Assembly: GCA_022511385.1 (NCBI GenBank)
Contig: JAFLRN010000004.1
Location: 3,075-67,074, forward strand
Direction: 5' to 3'
Source: Acetatifactor sp.
GTDB taxonomy: Bacteria > Bacillota > Clostridia > Lachnospirales > Lachnospiraceae
DNA length: 64,000 bases
The notes below the pieces were generated by a model. That model was given only the letters and a program-made list of their open reading frames with translations. It had not been told where the DNA came from and did no database searches. The stretch's first letter is position 1. Every line of letters starts with the position of its first letter. The translations under genes were made by a program, and so were the position numbers. Below, piece after piece: positions 39,230 through 49,827 of this stretch.

Positions 39230-40459
39230 TCAGTCGGAGGCCTTAAAATTATAAATGGGTTTTAATACATCGATGATCTCCACAGAACTCCCGATCACAT
39301 CAATAATATCCTCCAAGGCTTTGTATGCCATGGGTGCCTCATCAATAGTTGCCTCATTCACGGAGGTTGTGTAGACATCCTTCATGGCATGTCTATACTC
39401 CTCCATATCCAGAACATGCCTTGCTCTGGTTCTGGACATTACCCTGCCCGCCCCGTGGGGCGCAGAATAGTTCCACTCAGGATTTCCTTTGCCTACCGCC
39501 AGAATGCTGCCGTCCCGCATATTGATAGGAATCAGCACCTTCTCTCCTGCATGGGCCGCAATTGCTCCCTTTCTCAGGATCATTTCCTTTGTGTCGATAT
39601 AATTGTGGATGGTATGAAAGGCATCGGGCTTACCTTTTTCATCAGCAGCCACCCGCCCAGTCATTCCCGCTTGCTCCAACAATACCTCAGCAATCTTCTC
39701 CCGATTCCTTCTCGCATAGCTCTGGCAGATTTCCACATCATGGAGATAATCCTGGAAATAGCTGCCATAGACATAGCAGAGTTCCTCCGGTATGGTGGTT
39801 TTCCGCGTATACCAGGAAATGGCCTCCAATGCCGCCTGGATCTCCTTTTTTCTGCCTTGCTCCTTATAGGTGCGGATAATCTCCTCCCGCTGCCTCAAGT
39901 AAGTCTCCTTGCCCTTATTCAGGTCGATGGCCAGCTGTTGATACAGATCCGCCACCTGTTTTCCAAGGTTCCGGCTTCCGGTATGGATCACAAGATACTT
40001 GGTGCCATCCTTCGCCATATCCACCTCAATGAAATGATTGCCGCCTCCCAGCGTGCCGAGACTGCATTCCAGCCACTCTATATTTTTTAGCTGGCTGTAG
40101 CAAAGCAGCTTGGTCAGGTCAAATTTCTCCCTGACCTCTTCCCATATATGCATGCCGGAAGGCACAAAGTGCGCCGCCTCGTCCAGCTTCTCAAAATCAA
40201 TCTCCGCCTTCCCCAGGTTCACCGTGAGCATGCCGCATCCAATATCTACGCCTACCACGTTGGGCACCGCTTTGTCCGTCACAGTCATGGTGGTACCGAT
40301 GGTGCAGCCGTTTCCTGCGTGGACATCCGGCATGATCCTGATCCGGCTTCCTTCTGTGAACTCGCAGTCGCACATCCGCTGAATTTGGTCGATGGCTTCC
40401 TGCTCCACCACCTTAGCGTAACAGACTGCTGTATTGAACTTTCCCTGAATCTCAAACAT
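39230..40459 (-). CDS. rtcB: RtcB RNA ligase (3'-phosphate/5'-OH RNA repair)
   Basis: MPDVHAG, VGVDIGCGM, LGTLGGGNHFIE, IHTGSR, HNY, RKGA, SAPHGAGR. Confidence 0.93.
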   Translation of the reverse strand: MFEIQGKFNTAVCYAKVVEQEAIDQIQRMCDCEFTEGSRIRIMPDVHAGNGCTIGTTMTVTDKAVPNVVGVDIGCGMLTVNLGKAEIDFEKLDEAAHFVPSGMHIWEEVREKFDLTKLLCYSQLKNIEWLECSLGTLGGGNHFIEVDMAKDGTKYLVIHTGSRNLGKQVADLYQQLAIDLNKGKETYLRQREEIIRTYKEQGRKKEIQAALEAISWYTRKTTIPEELCYVYGSYFQDYLHDVEICQSYARRNREKIAEVLLEQAGMTGRVAADEKGKPDAFHTIHNYIDTKEMILRKGAIAAHAGEKVLIPINMRDGSILAVGKGNPEWNYSAPHGAGRVMSRTRARHVLDMEEYRHAMKDVYTTSVNEATIDEAPMAYKALEDIIDVIGSSVEIIDVLKPIYNFKASD

Positions 40460-40567
40460 ATTTCTAACCCCTCAAAAATACTGATTACACTACAATTACT
40501 TCCAATTACCGCCCTTTAAGGCCAGCCTTCCTACAGGTCTCCAAACCCGCAAAGCTTTAAAAACAAA

Positions 40568-40604
40568 TGAAAAAGACCGCCTACCTCACACAAGATAAGC
40601 GGTC
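40568..40604 (-). terminator. Intrinsic terminator (attenuator) upstream of rtcB
   Basis: Minus strand GACCGCTTATCTT-GTGT-GAGGTAGGCGGTC followed by TTTTTCATTT. Confidence 0.8.
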
Positions 40605-40641
40605 CATAAAATCTGTGGCTATTAGCAGAATCCCTTCTGCA

Positions 40642-40791
40642 TCATTCTATCCTCACACAGCTTTTTGCCCTGTCGCTTATTTTGTACGAGCGCAACACAA
40701 TCAGACTACGGTCAGCATATATGCTGTGCAGTCTATAGTCTTGTATCTCGCTATAATAATACAATTTCGCGGCAAAACCAGCTGTTTTCAT
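40642..40791 (-). CDS. Putative Tyr-rich leader peptide, 49 aa (missed by ORF track)
   Basis: GGAAAGG RBS; MKTAGFAAKLYYYSEIQDYRLHSIYADRSLIVLRSYKISDRAKSCVRIE; lies between the promoter and the terminator. Confidence 0.65.
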   Translation of the reverse strand: MKTAGFAAKLYYYSEIQDYRLHSIYADRSLIVLRSYKISDRAKSCVRIE

Positions 40792-40838
40792 AGCACTTAT
40801 CCTTTCCGGGCCCCCGCCCATCTCTCATTACTGTACTC

Positions 40839-40867
40839 ACTATAGCACAGATTTTTTGTTTTGTCAT
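40839..40867 (-). promoter_or_regulatory. Sigma-A-type promoter of the rtcB leader
   Basis: ATGACA-N17-TATAGT with TG extension. Confidence 0.6.
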
Positions 40868-40959
40868 TATACTTCTGATATAAAGCATGCACTCCTGATG
40901 CCAATTCCTTAGGCACAAACTCACCTTTCAAGCATAAGCCTTCCTCTCAGGCATCCATA

Positions 40960-42987
40960 TTACGCCATCCGCTCAAACACCGGCATGTACTCAATGGGAG
41001 CCGCCACCTTCACGGTGGTTCCTCCCTGCATGGTCTCACCGGTAGATGTCAGCTTCCACTGACCGGCAGGCAGGTATACCTCGCGCTCAAACTGGTTCAG
41101 ATGGAGGATGGGTGCCACCAGGTACTTGTCACCGAACATGTACTGGTCCTGAAGCTCCCAGCACTTTGCATCCTCGGGGAACTCATAGAACATGGTACGG
41201 ATCAGAGGCGAGCCGTTGGTATGTGCTTCCTCATAGAGCTTCTTGATATAATCATGCATGGAGATGCGGACATCGTAGTACTTCTTCATAATTGCATAAT
41301 TGTCCTCCCCATAGCTCCAGAGCTCGTTGGGCTGGCCGGTATGAAGATATCCGCCGCCCCAATCCCTATTGTCAAGAGGCGGAATATTGTAAGGACCTCT
41401 GTCGCCGTGCATGCGGAGCACTGCGGAATATACTGCGAACTGGTACCAGCGGATCAGAAGCTGCCGGAAATCCGGGTCATTGACATCATCCGTCATAAAG
41501 CCGCCGATGTCCGTCGTCCACCAGGGAATTCCTGCAAGTCCCATGTTCAGGCCGCACTGCAGCTGATCTGCAAAGGCCTCGAAGGTGCTGGGGACATCAC
41601 CGGACCAAACCACATTGCCGTACTTCTGGGAGCCCGCCCACGCGCAGCGAAGCAGGTTCACCACAGGCCCCTTGCCAAGCTTGCTCATCTCGTCGTAGAA
41701 TACCCGGCTGTACATCTGAGGGTACATATTGCTGATGGCGAGGGCGGGACCGTCACAGTAGCGGTAGTTCTCGAAATCGTAAACGCCGTAATCGGGCTCG
41801 GAATTATCCAGCCAGAAAGCGTCAATTCCGTAATCATAATAGTTCTTCTTACAAACTTCCCATACGTATTTTCTGGTTTCCGGATTAAAGGGATCGATCT
41901 CCACGCAGTCGCCCTGATAATCGTAGGTCTGGGCAGCGCCTCGCTCTGTCTTGATCAGAAGTCCCTTTTCCATCATGGGATAGAAATTCTCACTCTTCCT
42001 GTCAACAGAAGGCCAAACAGAAACGATGACCTTAATGCCCATGGAATGCAGCTCATCTACCATTGCCTTGGGATCCGGCCAGTATTTGGTGTCAAATTTC
42101 CAGTCGCCCTGTACCGTCCAATGGAAGAAATCGATCACAATCTGGTCGATCTTGATGCCCTCCTTTTGGTACTGGCGCGCAACGGTAAGTACCTCATCCT
42201 GGGTCCTGTAGCGCAACTTACACTGCCATAAGCCCATGAGATCCTCGGGGAACATCTCCGCATGGCCGGTGGCCTCCGTATAGTTCTCCAAAATCTGCTT
42301 GGGGCCGTCGGCTGCAGTGATCCAATAGTCCATTTCCTTTGTTGCCCTTGCGACCCACTCCGTATAATTCTTACCAAAGGTCACCTGGCCCACAGCGGGG
42401 TTGTTCCAGAGAAGACCGTATCCCAAGGAGGACACCATGAAGGGAACGGATATCTGGGAGTTGCGCTGAGCCAGCTCCAGTGTACAGCCCTTCAGATCCA
42501 GGTAAGGTTGCTGATACTGTCCCATACCGAATATTTTTTCGCCGTCGTTGCTGTCAAACTTTACCTTCAGGGAATACTCACTGCCGCCGATAATCCCCTT
42601 CCACTCACGGTGAACAATCTTCAGACATCTGCTCCCCCTCGACAAAGTACCGTCATAGGAGCGGTAATACTCGCGCAGGACCAGCTTGTCGTCCCTGTAG
42701 AAAGAAATAATGCCCGCAAAATTCACCACTGCTTTGATGCGGCCGTTTACAATAGTGGCTATGTCTCTTTGGTCAATGTTTCCGTCTCCCACCCAGTGGT
42801 CTTCCTTGTCAATGGATACCTTGGCAGAAGTCACCTTCACCTTTTCCGTTAAAGCCCACTGATTATCGGTGAATTTTCCCTGCATGGTAGAACGGACCCG
42901 AAAAGAATCCTTTCCCCAGGCTTCAATTCTGATCATTTCACCCTGATGATAAAACACCAGCGCCCCATTTTCATTCGCAAATCTCAT
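40960..42987 (-). CDS. GH31 glycoside hydrolase (alpha-xylosidase-like)
   Basis: WQCKLRY, IVIDFFHW, FWLDNSEP, VWSGD, WTTDIGGF, LRMHG. Confidence 0.88.
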   Translation of the reverse strand: MRFANENGALVFYHQGEMIRIEAWGKDSFRVRSTMQGKFTDNQWALTEKVKVTSAKVSIDKEDHWVGDGNIDQRDIATIVNGRIKAVVNFAGIISFYRDDKLVLREYYRSYDGTLSRGSRCLKIVHREWKGIIGGSEYSLKVKFDSNDGEKIFGMGQYQQPYLDLKGCTLELAQRNSQISVPFMVSSLGYGLLWNNPAVGQVTFGKNYTEWVARATKEMDYWITAADGPKQILENYTEATGHAEMFPEDLMGLWQCKLRYRTQDEVLTVARQYQKEGIKIDQIVIDFFHWTVQGDWKFDTKYWPDPKAMVDELHSMGIKVIVSVWPSVDRKSENFYPMMEKGLLIKTERGAAQTYDYQGDCVEIDPFNPETRKYVWEVCKKNYYDYGIDAFWLDNSEPDYGVYDFENYRYCDGPALAISNMYPQMYSRVFYDEMSKLGKGPVVNLLRCAWAGSQKYGNVVWSGDVPSTFEAFADQLQCGLNMGLAGIPWWTTDIGGFMTDDVNDPDFRQLLIRWYQFAVYSAVLRMHGDRGPYNIPPLDNRDWGGGYLHTGQPNELWSYGEDNYAIMKKYYDVRISMHDYIKKLYEEAHTNGSPLIRTMFYEFPEDAKCWELQDQYMFGDKYLVAPILHLNQFEREVYLPAGQWKLTSTGETMQGGTTVKVAAPIEYMPVFERMA

Positions 42988-43121
42988 TGTTACCCTCCTT
43001 AATTAGTGTATCGCTTTTTACTGCTATGATTGCCCCATACAGTACAAAAAAAGTGTACCAAATGCCAAAATTATTGTCAATGCCGGCTACGGAAATCTTA
43101 CCATGAATTGGCAGCCCGATA

Positions 43122-43150
43122 TTGCAATTTCCACGTGCATTATGTATAAT
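43122..43150 (+). promoter_or_regulatory. Sigma-A-type promoter of the phosphorylase gene
   Basis: TTGCAA-N17-TATAAT with TG extension. Confidence 0.65.
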
Positions 43151-43235
43151 TCTACTAAACAATTTCAAATGGAATTGTTGGTTTTCAGACACCCGCCGGA
43201 CGCCCGGCAAAACTACAAAATGTTAGGAGAATGCT

Positions 43236-45674
43236 ATGAAATTCGGTTTTTTTGACGACGCAAGGCAGGAGTACGTGATCACGACTCCCAAGACCCCGCT
43301 CCCCTGGATCAACTACTTGGGCTGCGACGGCTTTTACAGCCTCATTTCCAACACCTGCGGCGGCTATTCCTTCTATAAGGACGCAAAGCTGCTGCGCATG
43401 ACCCGGTACCGTTATAACGACGTGCCCGGGGATACCAACGGAAAGTATTTTTACATTAAGGATGGCGATACCGTCTGGAATCCCGGCTGGCAGCCCTCAA
43501 AGACCGAGCTGGACAGCTACGAGTGCCGCCACGGCCTGGGCTACAGCAGCTTTGTCTCCTCCAAGAACCAGGTGGAGGCCGCTGTGCTTACCTTCGTACC
43601 CATGGACGACAACTGCGAGCTGACCAAGCTGACCATCAGCAACAAGTCCCAGTCTACCAAGACCCTCTCTGTTTTCTCCTATGTGGAGTGGTGTCTGTGG
43701 AATGCTGACGACGATATGAAGAATTTCCAGAGAAACTTGAGCACCGGCGAAGTGGAAGTCGTGGGTTCCACCATCTTCCATAAGACCGAGTACAGGGAGC
43801 GCCGCAATCATTACGCCCTCTATTCCGTGAACGCTCCCATCGCAGGATTTGACACCATCCGCGACGAATTTCTGGGTGCATACAGAGGCGCCGATAAGCC
43901 CCTGGCAGTAGAAAACGGTGCCTGCACCAACTCCATGGCAAGCGGCTGGGCTCCCATCGCAGCACACCAGCTGGATCTCACTCTGGCTCCCGGCGAGAGC
44001 AAGACCTATGTGTTTGTGCTGGGATACATAGAGAATCCGGAAGAAGAAAAGTGGGAGTCCCACGGCATTATCAACAAAACCCGGGCAAACGCAATGCTGG
44101 AGAAATACGGCACTGAGGCCAGTGTGGACAAGGCTTTCGCGGAGCTGCAGAACTACTGGAAGGAGCTGCTTTCCAAGTATACTGTTTCCTCCGGCGACGA
44201 GAAGGTAAATCGCATGGTCAATATCTGGAACCAGTACCAGTGCATGGTCACCTTCAACATGTCCCGTTCCGCTTCCTACTACGAGTCCGGCATCGGCCGG
44301 GGCATGGGCTTCCGTGATTCCTGCCAGGATCTGTTGGGCTTCGTGCACCTGATTCCTGACAGGGCAAGAGAACGTATTATTGATATCGCCTCCACCCAGT
44401 TCCAGGATGGCAGCGCATACCATCAGTATCAGCCCTTGACCAAGAAAGGCAACTCCGACATCGGCAGCGGCTTCAACGATGATCCCCTGTGGTTGATCGC
44501 AGGCGCCAGCGCTTACGTCCGGGAGACCGGTGACACCTCCATACTAACGGAGATGGTGCCTTTCGACAACGATATGAGTGTGGCAACACCTTTGATGAAC
44601 CATTTAAAGCGCTCTTTTGATTACACCGTGAACCACAAGGGACCTCACGGACTGCCTCTGATCGGACGGGCGGACTGGAACGACTGTCTGAATTTAAACT
44701 GTTTCTCCGCTCATCCCGGTGAGTCTTTCCAGACCTTCGGCCCCAGCGAAGGCCCCGTTGCAGAGTCCGTGTTCATTGCGGGTATGTTTGTAAAGTACGG
44801 CGAAGAGTATGCACAGCTCTGTGAGCTGATGGGCGACAATGCCGAGGCTGAGAGAGCCCGCAAGGAGGTTGCTATCATGTATGACACCATCCTGGCTCAC
44901 GGATGGGATGGTGACTGGTTCCTGCGCGCTTATGATGCATACAGCAACAAGGTTGGCTCCAAGGAATGCAAGGAAGGCCAGATCTACATCGAGCCCCAGG
45001 GCTTCTGCGTGCTGGCCGGCGTGGGTGTGAAGGAAGGTCTGGCTGAAAAGGCTTTGGATTCCGTAAAGGAAAGACTTGATACGAAATATGGTGTGATGAT
45101 CCTGCAGCCCGCTTATACCGAGTACCATCTGGAGCTGGGAGAGGTTTCCTCCTATCCTCCCGGATATAAGGAGAATGCCGGTATCTTCTGCCACAACAAC
45201 CCTTGGGTTTCCATCGCGGAGACCGTGCTGGGCAGAGGTGACAGAGCATTTGATATCTATAAGAAGACCTGTCCCGCATATATAGAGGACATCAGCGAGA
45301 TCCACCGGACGGAGCCCTATGTGTACTCCCAGATGGTGGCAGGACGGGATGCAAAGTTCCATGGCGAGGCAAAGAACAGCTGGCTGACCGGTACCGCCGC
45401 ATGGACCTTTGTGAATGTTTCCCAGTACATCCTGGGTGTGTATCCCACTCATAAGGGACTGTCCATTGATCCCTGCGTACCCGACGGCTTCGGTGACTTT
45501 ACCCTGACCCGTAAGTTCCGGGAGGGCACCTATCACATCCAGGTGAAGAACCCCGGAAATGTCCAGAAGGGCGTAAAGTCCATGACTGTGGACGGAAAGG
45601 CTGTTGAGGGGAATGTGATTCCTTACGAGAAAGGCAAGACGGAGTATGATGTGGTTGTGACTATGTCCACGTAA
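43236..45674 (+). CDS. cbp: Cellobiose phosphorylase (GH94)
   Basis: [61 protein letters not shown]. Confidence 0.9.
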   Translation: MKFGFFDDARQEYVITTPKTPLPWINYLGCDGFYSLISNTCGGYSFYKDAKLLRMTRYRYNDVPGDTNGKYFYIKDGDTVWNPGWQPSKTELDSYECRHGLGYSSFVSSKNQVEAAVLTFVPMDDNCELTKLTISNKSQSTKTLSVFSYVEWCLWNADDDMKNFQRNLSTGEVEVVGSTIFHKTEYRERRNHYALYSVNAPIAGFDTIRDEFLGAYRGADKPLAVENGACTNSMASGWAPIAAHQLDLTLAPGESKTYVFVLGYIENPEEEKWESHGIINKTRANAMLEKYGTEASVDKAFAELQNYWKELLSKYTVSSGDEKVNRMVNIWNQYQCMVTFNMSRSASYYESGIGRGMGFRDSCQDLLGFVHLIPDRARERIIDIASTQFQDGSAYHQYQPLTKKGNSDIGSGFNDDPLWLIAGASAYVRETGDTSILTEMVPFDNDMSVATPLMNHLKRSFDYTVNHKGPHGLPLIGRADWNDCLNLNCFSAHPGESFQTFGPSEGPVAESVFIAGMFVKYGEEYAQLCELMGDNAEAERARKEVAIMYDTILAHGWDGDWFLRAYDAYSNKVGSKECKEGQIYIEPQGFCVLAGVGVKEGLAEKALDSVKERLDTKYGVMILQPAYTEYHLELGEVSSYPPGYKENAGIFCHNNPWVSIAETVLGRGDRAFDIYKKTCPAYIEDISEIHRTEPYVYSQMVAGRDAKFHGEAKNSWLTGTAAWTFVNVSQYILGVYPTHKGLSIDPCVPDGFGDFTLTRKFREGTYHIQVKNPGNVQKGVKSMTVDGKAVEGNVIPYEKGKTEYDVVVTMST

Positions 45675-45689
45675 GCTGTGAGCAGTGCG

Positions 45690-45751
45690 AAAAAAGAGAT
45701 AGGGGCAAATGCGCCGCACTCGCGCGTAAGCACTTGCCCCTACCCCTTTTT
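45690..45751. terminator. Bidirectional terminator-like hairpin
   Basis: A-run, TAGGGGCAA...TTGCCCCTA, T-run, between convergent genes. Confidence 0.55.
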
Positions 45752-45822
45752 CATAGGGTGAACGCCCGTGAATGAGAGAGCCAAGGGCTCTCGAATGGCA
45801 CTGCGTGACTTGCAGATACCTT

Positions 45823-47022
45823 TTAATACTCGCCCTGTCTCAGAAAATCTGCCAAGTGCATAATCCTGATCCCATTCACATTTCCTGATGCCAATTCATC
45901 CATCGTCACCACATACTTGGGATAATGGTCCCTGATCTCCATCAGGTTATCCAGCTCTCGGTCTGAATCCTCGGGAATCGTGCGACAGACCTGAATGTAA
46001 ACACGCTCCTCCCGTCTGGCAGCCACAAAGTCTATTTCCTTTGTGTCATTCTTTCCCACATAGACCTCATAGCCTTTTCTCCTCAATTCAAAATACACGA
46101 TATTCTCCAGCATGGCTGCTACAGATTTCGGATTGAATCCCATAATACAGTACTTCAGCGCCGAATCAGCAAGATAAAATTTTTCCTGAGTCTTCAGCAC
46201 GCTTTTCCCCTGCAGGTCATATCGCGGGCAGCGGTAAATAACAAACGCCTTCTCCAACCATTCCAGATAGTTATAGATCGTTTCCACAGTGAGCGAGCGG
46301 CCTTCACCCTTCAGAAATTTTACAATGGAGTTTGCCGAGAATGTCTTTCCCACATTTTCCACTATATACCTGACCACTCGGTTAAAGAGTTCAAAATTAG
46401 TGATATTATGTCTCCTGGCCACATCGTTTGTGATGACGGAATTGTAGATTCCTTCCACAATCTGATAGGCAGACCGCTCATCATAGTTTCCGAGAGCCAC
46501 GATGGGAAAACCTCCAAATCGAATATATTCATTTAACAATTCCCTTTCAGACAGGGAACTGTCCTTTTTAAATTCCAAGTATTCCACAAAGGACAGCGGA
46601 TAAACCGGAATGGAGACATAACGTCCGGAGAGATAGGTGGATATCTCACTGGACATGAGCTTGGAATTAGATCCCGTCACATAAATGTCAACATTATGAT
46701 CTTCCAGTAAACTGTTGATCGCCTTCTCCCAATCCACAACCTCCTGCACCTCATCAAGCAGCAGGTAATAGCGCTCCCTGTCGGCCATTCTCGTCCTGAG
46801 TTCCTCGTACATCTGCTGTGCCGTCATATCGCCGTCCATCACGGGAGTCGTATAGCGTACTGCCAGGATGTGATCCTCCCGGATTCCACTGTTCTTCAGT
46901 TCTTCCTTCCACATATCCAGAATGGTGGACTTACCGCATCTGCGGATTCCCGCCAGTATTTTCACCAGTTGGGCATCCCTGTATTTTTGGAGCAAATCCA
47001 TATATTGCTGTCTGATGATCAC
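45823..47022 (-). CDS. AAA_14/DUF4143 ATP-binding protein
   Basis: GIRRCGKS, LLLDEVQ, VTGSNS, KFYLAD, LENIVY.EL, EIDFVA. Confidence 0.87.
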   Translation of the reverse strand: MIIRQQYMDLLQKYRDAQLVKILAGIRRCGKSTILDMWKEELKNSGIREDHILAVRYTTPVMDGDMTAQQMYEELRTRMADRERYYLLLDEVQEVVDWEKAINSLLEDHNVDIYVTGSNSKLMSSEISTYLSGRYVSIPVYPLSFVEYLEFKKDSSLSERELLNEYIRFGGFPIVALGNYDERSAYQIVEGIYNSVITNDVARRHNITNFELFNRVVRYIVENVGKTFSANSIVKFLKGEGRSLTVETIYNYLEWLEKAFVIYRCPRYDLQGKSVLKTQEKFYLADSALKYCIMGFNPKSVAAMLENIVYFELRRKGYEVYVGKNDTKEIDFVAARREERVYIQVCRTIPEDSDRELDNLMEIRDHYPKYVVTMDELASGNVNGIRIMHLADFLRQGEY

Positions 47023-47107
47023 GCTATCGACCTCCTTTCCATCTATAGTATGCCAAAAAATAGATAAAAATTCAATACTTTTTGCTTTATTTCATTAAAT
47101 TACTCAT

Positions 47108-47154
47108 AAAACAAGGAAGTTTTTACTTGATTTAAGTAAAAACTTCCTTGTTTT
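47108..47154. repeat. 21-bp perfect inverted repeat (terminator or operator)
   Basis: AAAACAAGGAAGTTTTTACTT-GATTT-AAGTAAAAACTTCCTTGTTTT. Confidence 0.75.
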
Positions 47155-47184
47155 GATAAATCTTTCTTTTATCCAATGATACTA

Positions 47185-48576
47185 TTAATCACCCGCCACA
47201 ATATTGTTCAGCCACACACCCTTTTTCACAAGGATAAAACCTATGACGCACTTGATCAGATCTGTGAGCTGGCAGCAGAGATACAGCGGCGCCATTGGCA
47301 GCCCCGTAAAGCGGCTGAGCACATACGCCAGTGGAATATTCACGCACCAGAGATACACACTGTCAAAAAAGAAGGTGATGACGGTCTTGCCACCTGACCG
47401 CAGGGTAAAGTAGGAAGCGTGTACAAAGGCATAGATGGGCATACAGCCGGCAGCAATCCACAAAAGCCGCACTGCCAGTTCCTTCACCTGATCCGAGGTA
47501 TTGTACAGGCGGGGGAACAGGGGTGCCAATGCCACCATCAATCCGCCCAGCACAAAACAGGATAACACGGAGAATACGATCAGCTTTCGGTCTGTATCCT
47601 TGGCCTCCTCCATCTTACCTGCACCCAGCAGCTGTCCTACAATAATGGAGATACAGCTACCCATGGACATGAACACCACATTGAACAGGTTGGAGATGGT
47701 GCTGGAAATATTCAGCGCTGCCACCGCTTCCAGCCCCCGCAGGGAATAGCACTGGTTCAGCATGGCCATGCCGGCTGCCCATAGAATCTCATTGCACAGA
47801 AGGGGCGTTCCTTTCTTTACAATATTCAATGTCAGCTGGCCCGGAATGGGGAGCTTCCTGTAGGCTCCCACAATAAATAGCATCTTTTTTGCATGGGTGT
47901 GGGTCCATGTGATGACCACTATCATCTGCACATACCGGGATATCACGGTAGCCACCGCAGCGCCCACCACCCCCAGCTTTGGAAAGCCGAAGTTTCCAAA
48001 AATCAGCAGATAATTCAGCACCAGATTTACAAGCACCGCCACGGCTCCTGCCACCATGGGCACTCTCGTCTCGCCGCACTCCCTAAGGGTGGTAGCATAA
48101 ATCTCCTCCACAGCAAAAGGGGCAAGCCCCACCAGCATCACCATCAGATACTGCTTTCCGTAAACCAAAGTGGCCTGCAGAGCCTGTGCATTGTCCTCCC
48201 CGTGAAGATACAAAAGGATCAGCTGCTCTCCACCCACCAGAAGCACCAGTATCCCCAGCACCACAATGCCCACTGCTATGTATAGTTTCATGCGAAAGGT
48301 CTGTCGTACACCCTTATGATTATTGCACCCAAAAAACTGCGCACCGAAGATACCCACCCCTGACAGGGCACCAAAGATCGCCAGGTTGAACACCAGCAGC
48401 AGCTGATTTACGATGGCGATCCCTGACATCTGCTCCGTTCCCACACGCCCCACCATGATGTTGTCCAGCAGGCTGACAAAATTGGTGATGCCGTTCTGGA
48501 TCATCATGGGCACTGCAACTGTGAGCGCCATCTTGTAAAAGGCCTTATCTCCAAAATATCTCTTTTTTATACTCAT
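47185..48576 (-). CDS. MATE family efflux transporter
   Basis: NFVSLLDNIMVG, NLVLNYLLIFG, GQLLGAG, LRSGG. Confidence 0.9.
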   Translation of the reverse strand: MSIKKRYFGDKAFYKMALTVAVPMMIQNGITNFVSLLDNIMVGRVGTEQMSGIAIVNQLLLVFNLAIFGALSGVGIFGAQFFGCNNHKGVRQTFRMKLYIAVGIVVLGILVLLVGGEQLILLYLHGEDNAQALQATLVYGKQYLMVMLVGLAPFAVEEIYATTLRECGETRVPMVAGAVAVLVNLVLNYLLIFGNFGFPKLGVVGAAVATVISRYVQMIVVITWTHTHAKKMLFIVGAYRKLPIPGQLTLNIVKKGTPLLCNEILWAAGMAMLNQCYSLRGLEAVAALNISSTISNLFNVVFMSMGSCISIIVGQLLGAGKMEEAKDTDRKLIVFSVLSCFVLGGLMVALAPLFPRLYNTSDQVKELAVRLLWIAAGCMPIYAFVHASYFTLRSGGKTVITFFFDSVYLWCVNIPLAYVLSRFTGLPMAPLYLCCQLTDLIKCVIGFILVKKGVWLNNIVAGD

Positions 48577-48794
48577 AGCAAAAGCCTCTTTCCCACATCT
48601 TTCAAGCCGAATACAGTCATTATACAGGCAATGCTCTGTTTCTGCAAGCACAGAGAGTATGAGTATTCCCTACTGCGCATAATTCAGCTGCTTTTCCTAC
48701 ACACTAAAAAGACTAATTGACAAAACTCAGAAAACTGGAATAATAGATTTTAGGAACATACCGCCCTGAGGGCAGAACAGGAGACGCATATCAT

Positions 48795-49787
48795 ATGAAG
48801 ATATTATTTTATGACACCAAGAGCTATGATCAACAATCTTTTGACACCACGCTGAAAGACTTTCCCAGCGTGAAGATCGAATACATGAAGTCCGACCTGG
48901 ACCCTAGGACCGCTGCCCTGGCGGAGGGCTTTGACGCTGTATGTGCCTTTGTGAGCTCCGATGTAGGGAGCCGCACTCTGGAAATCCTGCACGAGAAAAA
49001 AGTAAGGCTGGTGCTGCTTCGCTGCGCAGGCTACAACAATGCGGACCTGGAGGCCGCCAAGAGATATGACATATGTGTCATGTGTGTGCCAGGCTACTCG
49101 CCGGAGGCTGTTGCCGAGCATGCAATGGCTCTGGCGCAAGCCTGCAACCGTCGCCTGTACAAGGCCTACAACAAGGTCCGGGAGAACGACTTCAGCCTGA
49201 ACGGCCTCATGGGCTTTAACTTTTACAAAAAGACTGCGGGTATCATTGGCACAGGAAAGATCGGTGCTGCCATGTGCCGCATCTGCCGTGGCTTCGGCAT
49301 GCGGGTCATCGCCTACGATGTTTACCAGAATGAGTCCTTGAAGGACTTCGTGGAGTATGTATCCCTGGAGCAGCTTCTTTCTGACAGCGATGTCATTTCT
49401 CTTCACTGCCCCCTGATGGACTCCACCTATCATATGATCAATATTGACACCATCCGTCAGATGAAGGACGGTGTCATCCTGGTGAACACCTCCAGGGGTG
49501 CGCTGGTAAACACCGAAGACCTCATAGAGGGCATCCGTATGCACAAGTTTGCGGGCGTGGGTCTGGATGTGTACGAGGAGGAGACCAACAACGTGTTTGA
49601 GGACCGCTCCGACGAGATTCTGGAACACTCAACCACCGCCCGGCTCCTGTCCTTCCCCAATGTGATGATCACTTCCCATCAGGGGTTCTTCACCCGGGAG
49701 GCCCTGACAGCCATCGCCTCCACCACTCTGCAGAACGCCTTGGATTTTCAGCAGGGAAAGGCCTCAAACAACACAGTGACAGCATAG
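48795..49787 (+). CDS. D-lactate dehydrogenase-like D-2-hydroxyacid dehydrogenase
   Basis: RCAGYNN, YSPEAVAEH, GTGKIG, LHCPL, NTSRG, LDVYEEE, TSHQ. Confidence 0.9.
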   Translation: MKILFYDTKSYDQQSFDTTLKDFPSVKIEYMKSDLDPRTAALAEGFDAVCAFVSSDVGSRTLEILHEKKVRLVLLRCAGYNNADLEAAKRYDICVMCVPGYSPEAVAEHAMALAQACNRRLYKAYNKVRENDFSLNGLMGFNFYKKTAGIIGTGKIGAAMCRICRGFGMRVIAYDVYQNESLKDFVEYVSLEQLLSDSDVISLHCPLMDSTYHMINIDTIRQMKDGVILVNTSRGALVNTEDLIEGIRMHKFAGVGLDVYEEETNNVFEDRSDEILEHSTTARLLSFPNVMITSHQGFFTREALTAIASTTLQNALDFQQGKASNNTVTA

Positions 49788-49827
49788 GACAACTCACATC
49801 ACCTGAAAATATTTTGAGCCGGACCTA

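Noticed and set aside
40567-40845. Plus-strand 92-aa ORF upstream of rtcB
   Set aside because: No RBS or motif; the minus-strand promoter, leader and terminator explain the region.
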